The notes: generated by a model from the sequence alone, not told the origin. Positions 10,810 to 22,221 are shown, counted from the first letter of the stretch. The stretch: DNA of 64,000 bases from Escherichia coli (GCF_017348835.2 NZ_CP071375.1); one strand, 5' to 3'. A program made the numbers and translations.

Positions 10810-11955
10810 ATGAGCAAGACATTTGCCCGCAGCAGCCTGTGTGCGCTCAGCATGACAATAATGACCGCTCACGCCGCCGAACCGCCTACCAATTTAGATA
10901 AACCGGAAGGGCGACTGGATATTATCGCCTGGCCGGGATATATCGAACGCGGACAAACTGATAAACAATACGACTGGGTAACGCAATTCGAAAAAGAGAC
11001 AGGCTGCGCGGTGAATGTGAAAACCGCCGCGACTTCCGATGAAATGGTCAGTCTGATGACCAAAGGGGGTTACGATCTGGTTACGGCATCCGGCGATGCC
11101 TCGCTGCGTTTGATTATGGGTAAACGCGTGCAGCTGATTAATACCGCATTGATTCCCAACTGGAAAACGCTCGATCCGCGCGTGGTTAAAGGCGACTGGT
11201 TTAACGTGGGCGGCAAAGTCTATGGCACGCCATATCAATGGGGTCCGAACCTGCTGATGTACAACACTAAAACCTTCCCGACGCCGCCGGATAGCTGGCA
11301 AGTGGTTTTTGTTGAGCAAAATCTGCCGGACGGCAAGAGCAATAAAGGCCGCGTTCAGGCTTATGATGGCCCTATCTACATTGCGGACGCTGCGTTGTTC
11401 GTTAAAGCCACTCAGCCGCAGTTGGGCATCAGCGATCCGTATCAACTCACCGAAGAACAGTACCAGGCGGTGCTGAAAGTGCTGCGTGATCAACATAGTT
11501 TGATCCATCGCTACTGGCATGACACTACCGTGCAAATGAGCGATTTCAAAAACGAGGGTGTGGTTGCTTCCAGTGCCTGGCCCTATCAGGCCAACGCCCT
11601 GAAAGCCGAAGGCCAGCCTGTCGCTACCGTATTTCCGAAAGAGGGCGTTACCGGTTGGGCTGACACCACCATGCTACATAGCGAAGCGAAACATCCGGTT
11701 TGCGCCTACAAATGGATGAACTGGTCATTAACGCCAAAAGTGCAGGGCGATGTGGCGGCCTGGTTTGGCTCGTTACCGGTAGTGCCGCAAGGGTGTAAAG
11801 CCAGTCCGTTATTAGGCGAAAAAGGTTGTGAAACCAACGGTTTTAACTATTTCGACAAAATCGCCTTCTGGAAAACGCCTATAGCAGAAGGGGGCAAGTT
11901 TGTTCCCTACAGTCGCTGGACGCAGGATTACATTGCCATTATGGGCGGTCGCTAA
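10810..11955 (+). CDS. ydcS: YdcS periplasmic solute-binding protein of ABC transporter
   Basis: 381-aa ORF with signal peptide; first gene of a four-gene ABC transporter cluster. Confidence 0.9.
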   Translation: MSKTFARSSLCALSMTIMTAHAAEPPTNLDKPEGRLDIIAWPGYIERGQTDKQYDWVTQFEKETGCAVNVKTAATSDEMVSLMTKGGYDLVTASGDASLRLIMGKRVQLINTALIPNWKTLDPRVVKGDWFNVGGKVYGTPYQWGPNLLMYNTKTFPTPPDSWQVVFVEQNLPDGKSNKGRVQAYDGPIYIADAALFVKATQPQLGISDPYQLTEEQYQAVLKVLRDQHSLIHRYWHDTTVQMSDFKNEGVVASSAWPYQANALKAEGQPVATVFPKEGVTGWADTTMLHSEAKHPVCAYKWMNWSLTPKVQGDVAAWFGSLPVVPQGCKASPLLGEKGCETNGFNYFDKIAFWKTPIAEGGKFVPYSRWTQDYIAIMGGR

Positions 11956-11972
11956 CTTCGCTGGGGTGCTTT

Positions 11973-12986
11973 ATGACGTACGCAGTGGAGTTTGACAACG
12001 TCTCGCGGTTGTACGGTGACGTGCGCGCAGTAGATGGCGTCAGTATTGCGATAAAAGATGGTGAGTTCTTCTCAATGCTGGGGCCGTCCGGCTCCGGCAA
12101 AACCACCTGCCTGCGCCTGATTGCTGGCTTCGAACAGCTTTCCGGCGGGGCTATCTCTATCTTTGGTAAACCCGCCAGCAATCTGCCACCGTGGGAGCGG
12201 GACGTGAATACTGTCTTTCAGGACTACGCGCTATTTCCGCATATGTCGATTCTTGACAATGTCGCCTATGGGCTGATGGTCAAAGGCGTGAATAAAAAGC
12301 AGCGGCACGCAATGGCGCAAGAGGCGCTGGAGAAAGTGGCGTTGGGGTTTGTACATCAACGTAAACCGTCACAACTTTCTGGTGGTCAGCGCCAGCGGGT
12401 TGCTATCGCCAGAGCATTGGTGAATGAACCGCGCGTATTGCTGTTGGATGAACCGCTCGGCGCACTGGATCTCAAATTGCGTGAGCAGATGCAGCTGGAA
12501 CTGAAAAAACTGCAACAGTCTCTCGGTATCACTTTTATCTTCGTTACCCACGATCAGGGCGAAGCGTTATCGATGTCCGATCGTGTGGCGGTTTTCAATA
12601 ATGGACGCATTGAGCAGGTCGATTCCCCGCGCGATCTCTATATGCGCCCGCGCACGCCGTTTGTTGCCGGGTTCGTTGGTACATCGAATGTTTTTGATGG
12701 ACTGATGGCAGAGAAACTTTGTGGCATGACGGGAAGCTTCGCCCTGCGACCGGAACATATCCGCCTCAACACCCCTGGTGAACTGCAGGCCAATGGCACG
12801 ATCCAGGCGGTGCAATATCAGGGCGCGGCAACTCGTTTTGAACTGAAATTGAACGGCGGTGAAAAACTGCTGGTGAGTCAGGCCAATATGACAGGCGAAG
12901 AACTGCCTGCCACGCTCACGCCCGGACAACAGGTGATGGTTTCCTGGTCGCGTGATGTGATGGTGCCGCTGGTTGAGGAGAGGTGA
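11973..12986 (+). CDS. ydcT: YdcT ABC transporter ATP-binding protein
   Basis: Walker A GPSGSGKTT, signature LSGGQRQR, Walker B LLLDEP. Confidence 0.92.
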   Translation: MTYAVEFDNVSRLYGDVRAVDGVSIAIKDGEFFSMLGPSGSGKTTCLRLIAGFEQLSGGAISIFGKPASNLPPWERDVNTVFQDYALFPHMSILDNVAYGLMVKGVNKKQRHAMAQEALEKVALGFVHQRKPSQLSGGQRQRVAIARALVNEPRVLLLDEPLGALDLKLREQMQLELKKLQQSLGITFIFVTHDQGEALSMSDRVAVFNNGRIEQVDSPRDLYMRPRTPFVAGFVGTSNVFDGLMAEKLCGMTGSFALRPEHIRLNTPGELQANGTIQAVQYQGAATRFELKLNGGEKLLVSQANMTGEELPATLTPGQQVMVSWSRDVMVPLVEER

Positions 12987-13928
12987 ATGGCGATGAACGT
13001 ATTGCAATCACCTTCACGTCCAGGTCTGGGTAAGGTGTCCGGTTTCTTCTGGCGGAATCCGGGGCTGGGGCTGTTTTTACTGCTGCTTGGCCCGCTAATG
13101 TGGTTTGGCATTGTCTATTTCGGCTCGCTGCTAACGCTGTTATGGCAGGGCTTTTATACCTTTGACGATTTCACCATGTCGGTAACGCCGGAACTGACGC
13201 TGGCGAACATCCGTGCGCTGTTTAATCCGGCGAATTACGACATCATTCTCCGCACGCTGACTATGGCTGTGGCAGTCACTATCGCCAGCGCCATTCTGGC
13301 TTTTCCAATGGCGTGGTATATGGCGCGCTATACCAGCGGGAAAATGAAAGCGTTTTTTTATATTGCGGTAATGTTGCCGATGTGGGCGAGCTACATTGTT
13401 AAAGCCTATGCCTGGACGTTATTGCTGGCAAAAGATGGCGTGGCTCAGTGGTTTTTACAACATCTTAGGCTGGAACCACTGCTGACTGCGTTCCTTACAT
13501 TACCTGCGGTGGGCGGCAATACGCTGTCAACTTCCGGGCTGGGGCGCTTTCTGGTGTTTCTCTATATCTGGCTGCCGTTCATGATCCTGCCCGTGCAGGC
13601 GGCGCTTGAGCGTTTGCCGCCGTCATTGTTGCAGGCGTCAGCTGATCTCGGCGCACGTCCACGACAAACCTTTCGCTATGTGGTGCTGCCGCTGGCGATC
13701 CCGGGTATTGCCGCTGGCTCTATCTTTACCTTCTCACTCACACTGGGCGATTTTATCGTCCCGCAGCTGGTTGGCCCGCCAGGATATTTTATCGGCAATA
13801 TGGTTTATTCCCAGCAGGGGGCGATTGGCAATATGCCGATGGCGGCGGCATTCACCCTGGTGCCGATTGTTCTTATCGCACTGTACCTGGCGTTCGTGAA
13901 ACGTCTGGGAGCGTTCGATGCACTCTGA
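12987..13928 (+). CDS. ydcU: YdcU ABC transporter permease
   Basis: 313-aa polytopic membrane ORF; start abuts ydcT stop. Confidence 0.9.
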   Translation: MAMNVLQSPSRPGLGKVSGFFWRNPGLGLFLLLLGPLMWFGIVYFGSLLTLLWQGFYTFDDFTMSVTPELTLANIRALFNPANYDIILRTLTMAVAVTIASAILAFPMAWYMARYTSGKMKAFFYIAVMLPMWASYIVKAYAWTLLLAKDGVAQWFLQHLRLEPLLTAFLTLPAVGGNTLSTSGLGRFLVFLYIWLPFMILPVQAALERLPPSLLQASADLGARPRQTFRYVVLPLAIPGIAAGSIFTFSLTLGDFIVPQLVGPPGYFIGNMVYSQQGAIGNMPMAAAFTLVPIVLIALYLAFVKRLGAFDAL

Positions 13929-14712
13929 ACGCGCACCGTTTTTCCTCAAACTGGCGGCCTGGGGCGGCGTTGTTTTCCTACATTTTCCCATCCTGATAAT
14001 CGCCGCCTATGCGTTTAACACTGAAGATGCGGCGTTTAGTTTTCCACCGCAGGGCCTGACGCTGCGCTGGTTTAGCGTGGCAGCACAGCGTAGTGATATT
14101 CTTGATGCCGTGACACTGTCACTTAAAGTGGCGGCGCTGGCGACATTAATGGCGCTGGTGTTAGGGACGCTGGCAGCTGCCGCGCTGTGGCGACGAGACT
14201 TTTTCGGCAAAAACGCCATTTCGCTGTTACTGCTGCTGCCCATTGCGCTGCCGGGCATTGTCACTGGTCTGGCGTTATTAACCGCCTTTAAAACCATCAA
14301 TCTGGAGCCGGGATTTTTCACCATCGTGGTCGGTCATGCGACTTTTTGTGTAGTTGTGGTGTTTAACAATGTCATCGCCCGTTTTCGCCGCACCTCGTGG
14401 AGTCTGGTTGAGGCGTCAATGGATCTTGGGGCCAATGGCTGGCAAACCTTCCGCTACGTAGTGTTGCCGAATCTCAGTTCGGCGTTACTGGCAGGAGGAA
14501 TGCTGGCGTTTGCCTTGTCGTTCGATGAAATCATCGTTACGACCTTTACGGCAGGTCATGAACGAACGTTACCGTTGTGGTTGCTCAATCAGCTTGGGCG
14601 ACCGCGTGATGTACCGGTAACTAACGTGGTGGCACTGCTGGTTATGTTGGTAACAACCTTGCCGATCCTGGGGGCCTGGTGGCTAACCCGCGAAGGCGAC
14701 AATGGTCAATAA
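13918..14712 (+). CDS. ydcV: YdcV ABC transporter permease
   Basis: 264-aa polytopic membrane ORF overlapping ydcU end. Confidence 0.9.
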   Translation: MHSERAPFFLKLAAWGGVVFLHFPILIIAAYAFNTEDAAFSFPPQGLTLRWFSVAAQRSDILDAVTLSLKVAALATLMALVLGTLAAAALWRRDFFGKNAISLLLLLPIALPGIVTGLALLTAFKTINLEPGFFTIVVGHATFCVVVVFNNVIARFRRTSWSLVEASMDLGANGWQTFRYVVLPNLSSALLAGGMLAFALSFDEIIVTTFTAGHERTLPLWLLNQLGRPRDVPVTNVVALLVMLVTTLPILGAWWLTREGDNGQ

Positions 14713-14733
14713 CCACTGATACAGGAATATGCT

Positions 14734-16158
14734 ATGCAACATAAGTTACTGATTAACGGAGAACTGGTTAGCGGCGAAGGGGAAAAACAGCCTGTCTATA
14801 ATCCGGCAACGGGGGACGTTTTACTGGAGATTGCCGAGGCATCCGCAGAGCAGGTCGATGCTGCTGTGCGCGCGGCAGATGCAGCATTTGCCGAATGGGG
14901 GCAAACCACGCCGAAAGTGCGTGCGGAATGTCTGCTGAAACTGGCTGATGTTATCGAAGAAAATGGTCAGGTTTTTGCCGAACTGGAGTCCCGTAATTGT
15001 GGCAAACCGCTGTATAGTGCGTTCAATGATGAAATCCCGGCGATTGTCGATGTTTTTCGCTTTTTCGCGGGTGCGGCGCGCTGTCTGAATGGTCTGGCGG
15101 CAGGTGAATATCTTGAAGGTCATACTTCGATGATCCGTCGCGATCCGTTGGGGGTCGTGGCTTCTATCGCACCGTGGAATTATCCGCTGATGATGGCCGC
15201 GTGGAAACTGGCTCCGGCGCTGGCGGCAGGGAACTGCGTAGTACTTAAACCATCAGAAATTACCCCGCTGACCGCGTTGAAGTTGGCAGAGCTGGCGAAA
15301 GATATCTTCCCAGCAGGCGTGATTAACGTACTGTTTGGCAGAGGCAAAACGGTGGGCGATCCGCTGACCGGACATCCTAAAGTGCGGATGGTGTCGCTGA
15401 CGGGCTCTATCGCCACTGGGGAACACATCATCAGCCATACTGCGCCGTCCATTAAGCGTACTCATATGGAACTTGGTGGCAAAGCGCCAGTGATTGTTTT
15501 TGATGATGCGGATATTGAAGCAGTGGTCGAAGGTGTACGTACATTTGGCTATTACAATGCCGGACAGGATTGTACTGCGGCTTGTCGGATCTACGCGCAA
15601 AAAGGCATTTACGATACTCTGGTGGAAAAACTGGGTGCTGCGGTGGCAACGTTAAAATCTGGTGCGCCGGATGACGAGTCTACGGAGCTTGGACCTTTAA
15701 GCTCGCTGGCGCATCTCGAACGCGTCAGCAAGGCAGTAGAAGAGGCGAAAGCGACAGGGCACATCAAAGTGATCACTGGCGGTGAAAAGCGCAAGGGTAA
15801 TGGCTATTACTATGCGCCGACGCTGCTGGCTGGCGCATTACAGGACGATGCCATCGTGCAAAAAGAGGTATTTGGTCCAGTAGTGAGTGTTACGCTCTTC
15901 GACAACGAAGAACAGGTGGTAAACTGGGCGAATGACAGCCAGTACGGACTTGCATCTTCGGTATGGACGAAAGATGTGGGCAGGGCGCATCGCGTCAGCG
16001 CACGGCTGCAATATGGTTGTACCTGGGTCAATACCCATTTCATGCTGGTAAGTGAAATGCCGCACGGTGGGCAGAAACTTTCTGGTTACGGCAAGGATAT
16101 GTCACTTTATGGGCTGGAGGATTACACCGTCGTCCGCCACGTCATGGTTAAACATTAA
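14734..16158 (+). CDS. patD: PatD (YdcW) gamma-aminobutyraldehyde dehydrogenase
   Basis: 474-aa aldehyde dehydrogenase-family ORF directly after ydcSTUV. Confidence 0.92.
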   Translation: MQHKLLINGELVSGEGEKQPVYNPATGDVLLEIAEASAEQVDAAVRAADAAFAEWGQTTPKVRAECLLKLADVIEENGQVFAELESRNCGKPLYSAFNDEIPAIVDVFRFFAGAARCLNGLAAGEYLEGHTSMIRRDPLGVVASIAPWNYPLMMAAWKLAPALAAGNCVVLKPSEITPLTALKLAELAKDIFPAGVINVLFGRGKTVGDPLTGHPKVRMVSLTGSIATGEHIISHTAPSIKRTHMELGGKAPVIVFDDADIEAVVEGVRTFGYYNAGQDCTAACRIYAQKGIYDTLVEKLGAAVATLKSGAPDDESTELGPLSSLAHLERVSKAVEEAKATGHIKVITGGEKRKGNGYYYAPTLLAGALQDDAIVQKEVFGPVVSVTLFDNEEQVVNWANDSQYGLASSVWTKDVGRAHRVSARLQYGCTWVNTHFMLVSEMPHGGQKLSGYGKDMSLYGLEDYTVVRHVMVKH

Positions 16159-16197
16159 GGATAATATTGCAGATCGTAAGAGTATGAGATGATCTTG

Positions 16198-16232
16198 CGT
16201 ACTGTCAGAGCACTGATTTCTCTGACAGTACG
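16198..16232. terminator. palindromic hairpin between convergent patD and yncL (candidate bidirectional terminator)
   Basis: 13-bp perfect inverted repeat cgtactgtcagag / ctctgacagtacg with 9-nt loop. Confidence 0.5.
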
Positions 16233-16254
16233 TGCTGCGTGCAAAATCACTACA

Positions 16255-16350
16255 TCAAATAAACCAGCCAAATCTCATAGAGATAAGAGTAAGCAAACCA
16301 ACAGCAGCAAAGACATTTATCAGTACTACAGTTCTACTGGAAACATTCAT
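16255..16350 (-). CDS. yncL: YncL small membrane protein (31 aa)
   Basis: Minus-strand ORF translating to MNVSSRTVVLINVFAAVGLLTLISMRFGWFI; below the ORF-track size cutoff. Confidence 0.75.
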   Translation of the reverse strand: MNVSSRTVVLINVFAAVGLLTLISMRFGWFI

Positions 16351-16544
16351 TTTTGCCACCTTTTATCATTGCCCCTATGTGTATAGTACGGGTTAAGAAA
16401 ATCCGCAATAATACTCATTCTGAAGATGGATAAGGGCAAGTTGCTGTTTGATGTTTTTTTCTCAAACCGGTTAAAAAACTTGATGCACGTCAAAAAATGA
16501 CGCATATTTGCGCGCGTTTTATTCATCTGGCTGGACGCCCGTAC

Positions 16545-16718
16545 ATGTCTCTCTATCAACACATGCTTGTTTTTTATGCGGTTATGGCAGCAATCGCATT
16601 TCTTATCACCTGGTTTCTTTCTCACGATAAGAAACGCATCCGTTTCTTAAGCGCCTTTCTGGTGGGGGCAACATGGCCGATGAGTTTCCCGGTGGCGCTG
16701 TTGTTTTCACTGTTTTAA
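16545..16718 (+). CDS. ortT: OrtT (YdcX) small membrane orphan toxin
   Basis: 57-codon hydrophobic ORF (MSLYQHMLVFYAVMAAIAFL...) inside the longer 16497 ORF. Confidence 0.75.
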   Translation: MSLYQHMLVFYAVMAAIAFLITWFLSHDKKRIRFLSAFLVGATWPMSFPVALLFSLF

Positions 16719-16803
16719 ATCTTACTCACTGGCTTGACGGCACCACGCAGACTTATATCATTTGGATAAATCGATAAATTTCACAAGTGGCTAAGGAGAA
16801 AGT

Positions 16804-17037
16804 ATGTCGCATCTGGATGAAGTCATCGCGCGCGTGGATGCCGCGATTGAAGAGAGCGTCATTGCCCATATGAACGAATTATTAATCGCCCTGAGCGATG
16901 ACGCGGAGTTAAGTCGGGAAGATCGCTACACCCAGCAGCAGCGTTTGCGCACCGCTATTGCTCATCACGGTCGCAAGCATAAAGAAGATATGGAAGCGCG
17001 CCATGAACAGTTAACCAAAGGCGGCACCATCCTGTGA
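16804..17037 (+). CDS. ydcY: YdcY small protein of unknown function
   Basis: 77-aa ORF at K-12-equivalent position. Confidence 0.8.
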   Translation: MSHLDEVIARVDAAIEESVIAHMNELLIALSDDAELSREDRYTQQQRLRTAIAHHGRKHKEDMEARHEQLTKGGTIL

Positions 17038-17487
17038 TTAAAATGAGCGTCTGGCTACCAACCAGGCGCCAACCACAAGTAAAATTGCGCCACAAATTGG
17101 GCCGAACAACGCCCGTAGTGGTACGCCATGACTGCGGAAGATATCCAGAACCAGACCGCCAATCAGCTGGCTGGCGACCAGTACTGCAATAGTTGTCGCC
17201 GCTCCCACATTCTGATATCCGCTGATACTGGCGAAGACAAAAAACGATCCCAGCAAGCCAGGTATAAGTGTCCACCAGCGCACGCTGGACACCAGTTCGC
17301 CAAACCCCGCCATACCTTGTTTAAACCATAAAATAGAAACAAAGAGCACAATCCCCACCAGTGAGTTCAGCAACATGGCGATGAGAATGGTAGAGGAGGT
17401 CTGGGTGATGCGCACCATCAGCGTGTTCTGGACTACCAGACCAATTCCGGCGGCAATCAAAAAGGCAAGGGTGAGCGACTGATTCAT
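17038..17487 (-). CDS. ydcZ: YdcZ DMT-superfamily inner-membrane protein
   Basis: 149-aa hydrophobic ORF; start overlaps mnaT stop by 4 bp. Confidence 0.88.
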   Translation of the reverse strand: MNQSLTLAFLIAAGIGLVVQNTLMVRITQTSSTILIAMLLNSLVGIVLFVSILWFKQGMAGFGELVSSVRWWTLIPGLLGSFFVFASISGYQNVGAATTIAVLVASQLIGGLVLDIFRSHGVPLRALFGPICGAILLVVGAWLVARRSF

Positions 17488-18002
17488 CCAATCGCGTCCG
17501 GTTCAGTGCGTTCGTCGAGTTGCAACTGCATAAATGTCAGATCCAGCCAGCGCCCAAATTTAGTGCCCACCTGCGGCATTTGTGCGGTGACGACAAATCC
17601 CAGCGACTGGTGCAGATGCAGCGAGGCCTGATTTTGCGATTCGATCCCGGCGACCATGACATGCTTCCCGCAATCCCGCGCTTCATCAATCAATCGGCTT
17701 AACAATTTACGCCCCAGACCTTTGCCCTGATGATCGGGATGGACATAAACCGAATGTTCCACGGTATGGCGAAAACCATCGAAACTACGCCAGTCGCCAA
17801 ATGAGGCATATCCCGTAACTACGCCATCTTCTTCACTTACCAGCACCGGATAACCTGCTATGGTCCGCGCTTCAAACCAGGCAATGCGGTTATCTGCATC
17901 CACCGTTTGGTCATTCCAGATAGCCGCCGTATACAACACGGCGTGGTTATAAATTTCCGCAATGGCAGCACAGTCGGCTTTGCGGGCAAAACGGATGGAC
18001 AT
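17484..18002 (-). CDS. mnaT: MnaT (YncA) GNAT-family L-amino-acid N-acyltransferase
   Basis: Start placed at MSIRFARKADCAAIAEIYN; the longer ORF to 18236 is probably not translated. Confidence 0.85.
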   Translation of the reverse strand: MSIRFARKADCAAIAEIYNHAVLYTAAIWNDQTVDADNRIAWFEARTIAGYPVLVSEEDGVVTGYASFGDWRSFDGFRHTVEHSVYVHPDHQGKGLGRKLLSRLIDEARDCGKHVMVAGIESQNQASLHLHQSLGFVVTAQMPQVGTKFGRWLDLTFMQLQLDERTEPDAIG

Positions 18003-18182
18003 GTCTGGCCTCAATAAAATAATGATGATGATGTTATCAATACTATCGAAAACAGCCCGAAGCAACGGATTCCTCGATGAAATTATTGCGTGTTGCAGAG
18101 GGGATGTGACGGCTGCAAACAAAACCAATCCCGTGAGCCTGCTACTATTGATGGATTCATGCCAAAAGCACAGGAGAGCATT

Positions 18183-19220
18183 ATGGGGCAACAAAAGCAG
18201 CGTAATCGACGTTGGGTTCTGGCCTCGCGTCCGCATGGCGCACCGGTTCCGGAGAATTTCCGTCTTGAAGAAGATGATGTCGCCACACCGGGTGAAGGAC
18301 AGGTGTTACTGCGCACAGTTTATTTGTCCCTGGACCCGTATATGCGTGGACGTATGAGCGATGAGCCATCTTATTCACCGCCGGTTGATATTGGCGGCGT
18401 GATGGTCGGCGGTACGGTGAGCCGTGTCGTGGAGTCGAATCATCCTGATTATCAGCCTGGCGACTGGGTGCTGGGCTACAGTGGATGGCAGGACTATGAC
18501 ATATCCAGTGGTGATGATCTTGTGAAACTTGGCGATCATCCGCAAAATCCATCGTGGTCGCTGGGTGTGCTAGGGATGCCAGGCTTTACCGCTTATATGG
18601 GCCTACTGGATATCGGTCAACCTAAAGAGGGCGAAACATTGGTGGTTGCTGCGGCGACAGGTCCTGTGGGAGCAACGGTAGGGCAAATCGGCAAACTTAA
18701 AGGTTGCAGGGTGGTGGGGGTAGCCGGTGGCGCGGAAAAATGCCGCCATGCTACCGAGATGTTAGGCTTCGATGTTTGTCTTGACCATCACGCGGATGAT
18801 TTTGCCGATCAACTGGCGAAAGCGTGCCCAAAAGGTATTGATATCTATTATGAAAACGTGGGCGGTAAGGTATTCGATGCGGTGCTACCGTTACTTAATA
18901 CATCTGCGCGCATTCCCGTTTGCGGCTTAGTGAGCAGCTATAACGCTACAGAGCTACCACCCGGTCCGGATCGTTTACCCCTGTTGATGGCAACGGTGCT
19001 GAAAAAACGTATTCGCTTGCAAGGGTTTATTATCGCTCAGGATTATGGTCACCGCATCCATGAGTTTCAGAAGGAGATGGGGCAATGGGTGAAAGAGGAT
19101 AAAATCCACTACCGAGAAGAAATTACTGACGGTTTAGAGAATGCGCCACAGACGTTTATCGGCCTGCTGAAGGGTAAAAACTTCGGCAAAGTGGTGATCC
19201 GCGTGGCGGGTGATGATTAA
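18183..19220 (+). CDS. curA: CurA (YncB) NADPH-dependent curcumin/dihydrocurcumin reductase (MDR family)
   Basis: Start at ATG 18183 preceded by AGGAGAG; medium-chain dehydrogenase fold. Confidence 0.88.
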   Translation: MGQQKQRNRRWVLASRPHGAPVPENFRLEEDDVATPGEGQVLLRTVYLSLDPYMRGRMSDEPSYSPPVDIGGVMVGGTVSRVVESNHPDYQPGDWVLGYSGWQDYDISSGDDLVKLGDHPQNPSWSLGVLGMPGFTAYMGLLDIGQPKEGETLVVAAATGPVGATVGQIGKLKGCRVVGVAGGAEKCRHATEMLGFDVCLDHHADDFADQLAKACPKGIDIYYENVGGKVFDAVLPLLNTSARIPVCGLVSSYNATELPPGPDRLPLLMATVLKKRIRLQGFIIAQDYGHRIHEFQKEMGQWVKEDKIHYREEITDGLENAPQTFIGLLKGKNFGKVVIRVAGDD

Positions 19221-19417
19221 AGTTTCAACGGCGGCGTAAGCCGCCATAAAAATCCAGGCAAAAAGCTTATTTTCAGCTTTAATTAACTAACCACGTCATT
19301 GTTCTGCTGCTAATAACAACAAAGGTGAGTGGTTTATGATTATTCACTTTAATACACCAGGTGAACTCCTTCTGCCATGCAGGCAGGGTTGGACAGAAAA
19401 CACGCGAAGGAATTAAA

Positions 19418-20083
19418 ATGCCTGGAACGGGAAAAATGAAACATGTCAGTTTGACTCTGCAGGTTGAGAACGACCTGAAACATCAGCTTAGTATTGGCGC
19501 ATTAAAACCTGGCGCACGCCTGATTACTAAAAATCTGGCGGAGCAATTAGGTATGAGTATTACACCTGTGCGTGAAGCATTATTACGTCTGGTTTCGGTG
19601 AATGCGCTTTCTGTCACACCAGCGCAAGCATTTACAGTTCCGGAAGTGGGGAAACGTCAATTAGACGAAATCAATCGGATCCGCTACGAACTGGAATTAA
19701 TGGCAGTTACTCTGGCTGTTGAAAACCTCACACCGCCAGACCTGGCGGAACTCCAGGAATTGCTTGAGAAATTACTGCAGGCGCAAGAAAAGGGCGACAT
19801 GGAACAAATCATTAATGCGAACAGGCTATTTCGCTTAGCGATTTATCATCGCTCAAATATGCCCATCCTGTGTGAGATGATTGAGCAACTGTGGGTCAGG
19901 ATGGGACCTGGTTTACATTATCTCTATGAAGTGATTAATCCAGCGGAATTACGGGAGCGTATAGAAAACTATCGTCTATTACTCGCCGCGTTAAAAGCAA
20001 AAGACAAAGAGGGATGCAGACATTGTCTTGCTGAAATTATGCAACAAAATATTGCTATTTTATACCAGCAATACAATCGTTAA
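19418..20083 (+). CDS. mcbR: McbR (YncC) GntR/FadR-family regulator
   Basis: Start at ATG 19418 preceded by GAAGGA; N-terminal HTH. Confidence 0.88.
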   Translation: MPGTGKMKHVSLTLQVENDLKHQLSIGALKPGARLITKNLAEQLGMSITPVREALLRLVSVNALSVTPAQAFTVPEVGKRQLDEINRIRYELELMAVTLAVENLTPPDLAELQELLEKLLQAQEKGDMEQIINANRLFRLAIYHRSNMPILCEMIEQLWVRMGPGLHYLYEVINPAELRERIENYRLLLAALKAKDKEGCRHCLAEIMQQNIAILYQQYNR

Positions 20084-20088
20084 AGTAA

Positions 20089-20110
20089 ATGCCCGGCAAA
20101 TACCGGGCAT
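20089..20110. terminator. hairpin between convergent mcbR and yncD (candidate bidirectional terminator)
   Basis: atgcccgg-caaata-ccgggcat perfect 8-bp stem; flanking U-tracts weak. Confidence 0.45.
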
Positions 20111-20118
20111 CAAGGTAA

Positions 20119-22221
20119 TTACTCAAATCGCCATGCGATATTCACGCCGACACCATAATTTCGCCCGGGCGCAGGTTCGTAATATCGCCCGTTTGACTCA
20201 TTGACAATGACAGAGCCAACGTATTCTTTATCGAATAAATTATCGACACGACCAAATAAATCCACAGTTAAATTGTGGTAATTGTATTTATACCCGGTGA
20301 ATAAGCCGACGAGAGTATAAGACGGCGCTTTGGCCGTATTTTCATCATCTGCCATAATATCGCCCATATAACGCGCTTCCGTGCCTGCATACCAACCATC
20401 TTCCGGTACATAACCTATCGACGCAAAGCCCATATTACGGGCGATCCCTGGCATCCGATTACCGTTACAATCCTGTTCGTTGCAAACATTGCTGCGATAG
20501 GTCGCATCAAGCCAGGTCCAGGACGCGTTTACGCGAAAATCTCCCGCGAAACGTTGATCCCATGCCAGTTCAGCGCCTTGACGACGGGTCTTTCCGGCAT
20601 TTTTGTAAGTCGTACGCCCACCGCTACTGCTATCGACAACAATTTCATCATCGGTGTCGGTCTGGAACAATGCGAGACTAAGCAGCCCATCACCAATACG
20701 CGTTTTACTGCCGATCTCAATTGTATCGTTGGTGGATGGTTTTAAACCAAAGTTCATACCGCTTTGCCCATCAGCGCGATAAGACAGCTCATTAATCGTC
20801 GGCGTTTCAAAACCACGCCCGGCTGCCAGATAGATATTCCAGGCATCGGTCATTGCATATTTTAACGATCCGGCTGGTAGCCATTTGTGGTAACTGGCAT
20901 CACCGCTGTCATCGCCGTTACCCGGAGTAATGTAATGGTCGTTGGAATCAAACCACACGGAGCTGTAGCGCACGCCAGCATCCAGCGACAGTTTTTCGCT
21001 CAGCTGCCACTGCGTCTGTAAATAGGGATCGATGTTCCACATCAGATTGCGTTCGTCGCGACGCAACTCACCTTTTTGCCCGTACTCCGGCATGCCGCTA
21101 TTCAGGCGGAAGTTATTGTAGCCCTTGCGGTTTTCACTCATGTTTTCGTAGTTCAGGCCGGTAGTGAACGTGACCGGAACGCCCAGTTCACCACGGTGTG
21201 TCCAGCGGCTGTCTATTCCCTGGTAATGGCGTTGCAGGGTAATCACGCCGCCCGCATGTGACGGGTTAAGTTGTGGTGCCATGGGTATTGACTGGTACTG
21301 GGTCGTTTCTCGCTCTCCGGCATACATCATCACACTCATATCATCCCGCGAACTCAGGCTACGTTCATAGCGCAACCCAGCCTGAGTTTGCTTGATGGTT
21401 TTTCGCGTGTCGTACTGTTCTGCACGAGGCGCTTGTTGTGGATTCGCCTTCCATTCTGCTTTGGTTAGCCCACCTGGGTCATCTGCTTTGATATCCACAC
21501 TATTGAAAATCAGGCTTAATTTGCTGGCTTCATCAATGCGTACGCCCAGTTTGGCATTGGCTAAATTTTTCTGTGCGCCACTATGGTCACGATATCCGTG
21601 GGTCGTAAAACGCGTGGTTGAGACGGTGTAATCAACATCGCCGGGCTGTGTGCCGTCTCCCGTTGCGCCCGTTGCTTTCAGCCCATAGCGCCAGCTGCCA
21701 AAACTGCCGTAGTAACTACTGGCTTCAATGGTTGGTGGCTGTTGTCCGGTCTGGGTGGTGACATTCATTACACCGCCAGACGCGTTGCCATACAGGGCAG
21801 AAAAGGGGCCACGCAGCACTTCCACATTTTGCACACTGCTTAAATCGATGTTGGATGTTTGCCCTTGCCCGTCGGGCATGGTGGCGGGAATACCGTCCAC
21901 ATACAGGCGAATACCGCGAATTCCGTAAGTGGAACGGGAGCCAAATCCGCGAATCGACAGCTGTAAATCTTGCGCATAGTTCTGCCGGTTTTGTACCTGC
22001 AAACCAGGCACGCCGGTCAGTGATTCGGACAAGTTAATGCGCGGTGTTGCCAGGCGCATCTCCTCGCCATCCTCCACGCTTACTGCTGCAGGGGTATCCA
22101 GTTCTGAAACCACCTGCGGCGCGGCACTGACAATCATGGTCTGTTCATCAGCGGCAAAAACAACGGGGGAAAGGACAAGCAGGGCGGGCAAAACGGTCTG
22201 TCGAACAAAAACAATCTTCAT
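20119..22221 (-). CDS. yncD: YncD TonB-dependent outer-membrane receptor
   Basis: 700-aa ORF with signal peptide and C-terminal terminal aromatic (…AWRFE) beta-barrel end. Confidence 0.92.
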   Translation of the reverse strand: MKIVFVRQTVLPALLVLSPVVFAADEQTMIVSAAPQVVSELDTPAAVSVEDGEEMRLATPRINLSESLTGVPGLQVQNRQNYAQDLQLSIRGFGSRSTYGIRGIRLYVDGIPATMPDGQGQTSNIDLSSVQNVEVLRGPFSALYGNASGGVMNVTTQTGQQPPTIEASSYYGSFGSWRYGLKATGATGDGTQPGDVDYTVSTTRFTTHGYRDHSGAQKNLANAKLGVRIDEASKLSLIFNSVDIKADDPGGLTKAEWKANPQQAPRAEQYDTRKTIKQTQAGLRYERSLSSRDDMSVMMYAGERETTQYQSIPMAPQLNPSHAGGVITLQRHYQGIDSRWTHRGELGVPVTFTTGLNYENMSENRKGYNNFRLNSGMPEYGQKGELRRDERNLMWNIDPYLQTQWQLSEKLSLDAGVRYSSVWFDSNDHYITPGNGDDSGDASYHKWLPAGSLKYAMTDAWNIYLAAGRGFETPTINELSYRADGQSGMNFGLKPSTNDTIEIGSKTRIGDGLLSLALFQTDTDDEIVVDSSSGGRTTYKNAGKTRRQGAELAWDQRFAGDFRVNASWTWLDATYRSNVCNEQDCNGNRMPGIARNMGFASIGYVPEDGWYAGTEARYMGDIMADDENTAKAPSYTLVGLFTGYKYNYHNLTVDLFGRVDNLFDKEYVGSVIVNESNGRYYEPAPGRNYGVGVNIAWRFE

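Noticed and set aside
19230-19245. Hairpin ggcggc-gtaa-gccgcc immediately after curA
   Set aside because: No U-tract on either strand, so not called as an intrinsic terminator.
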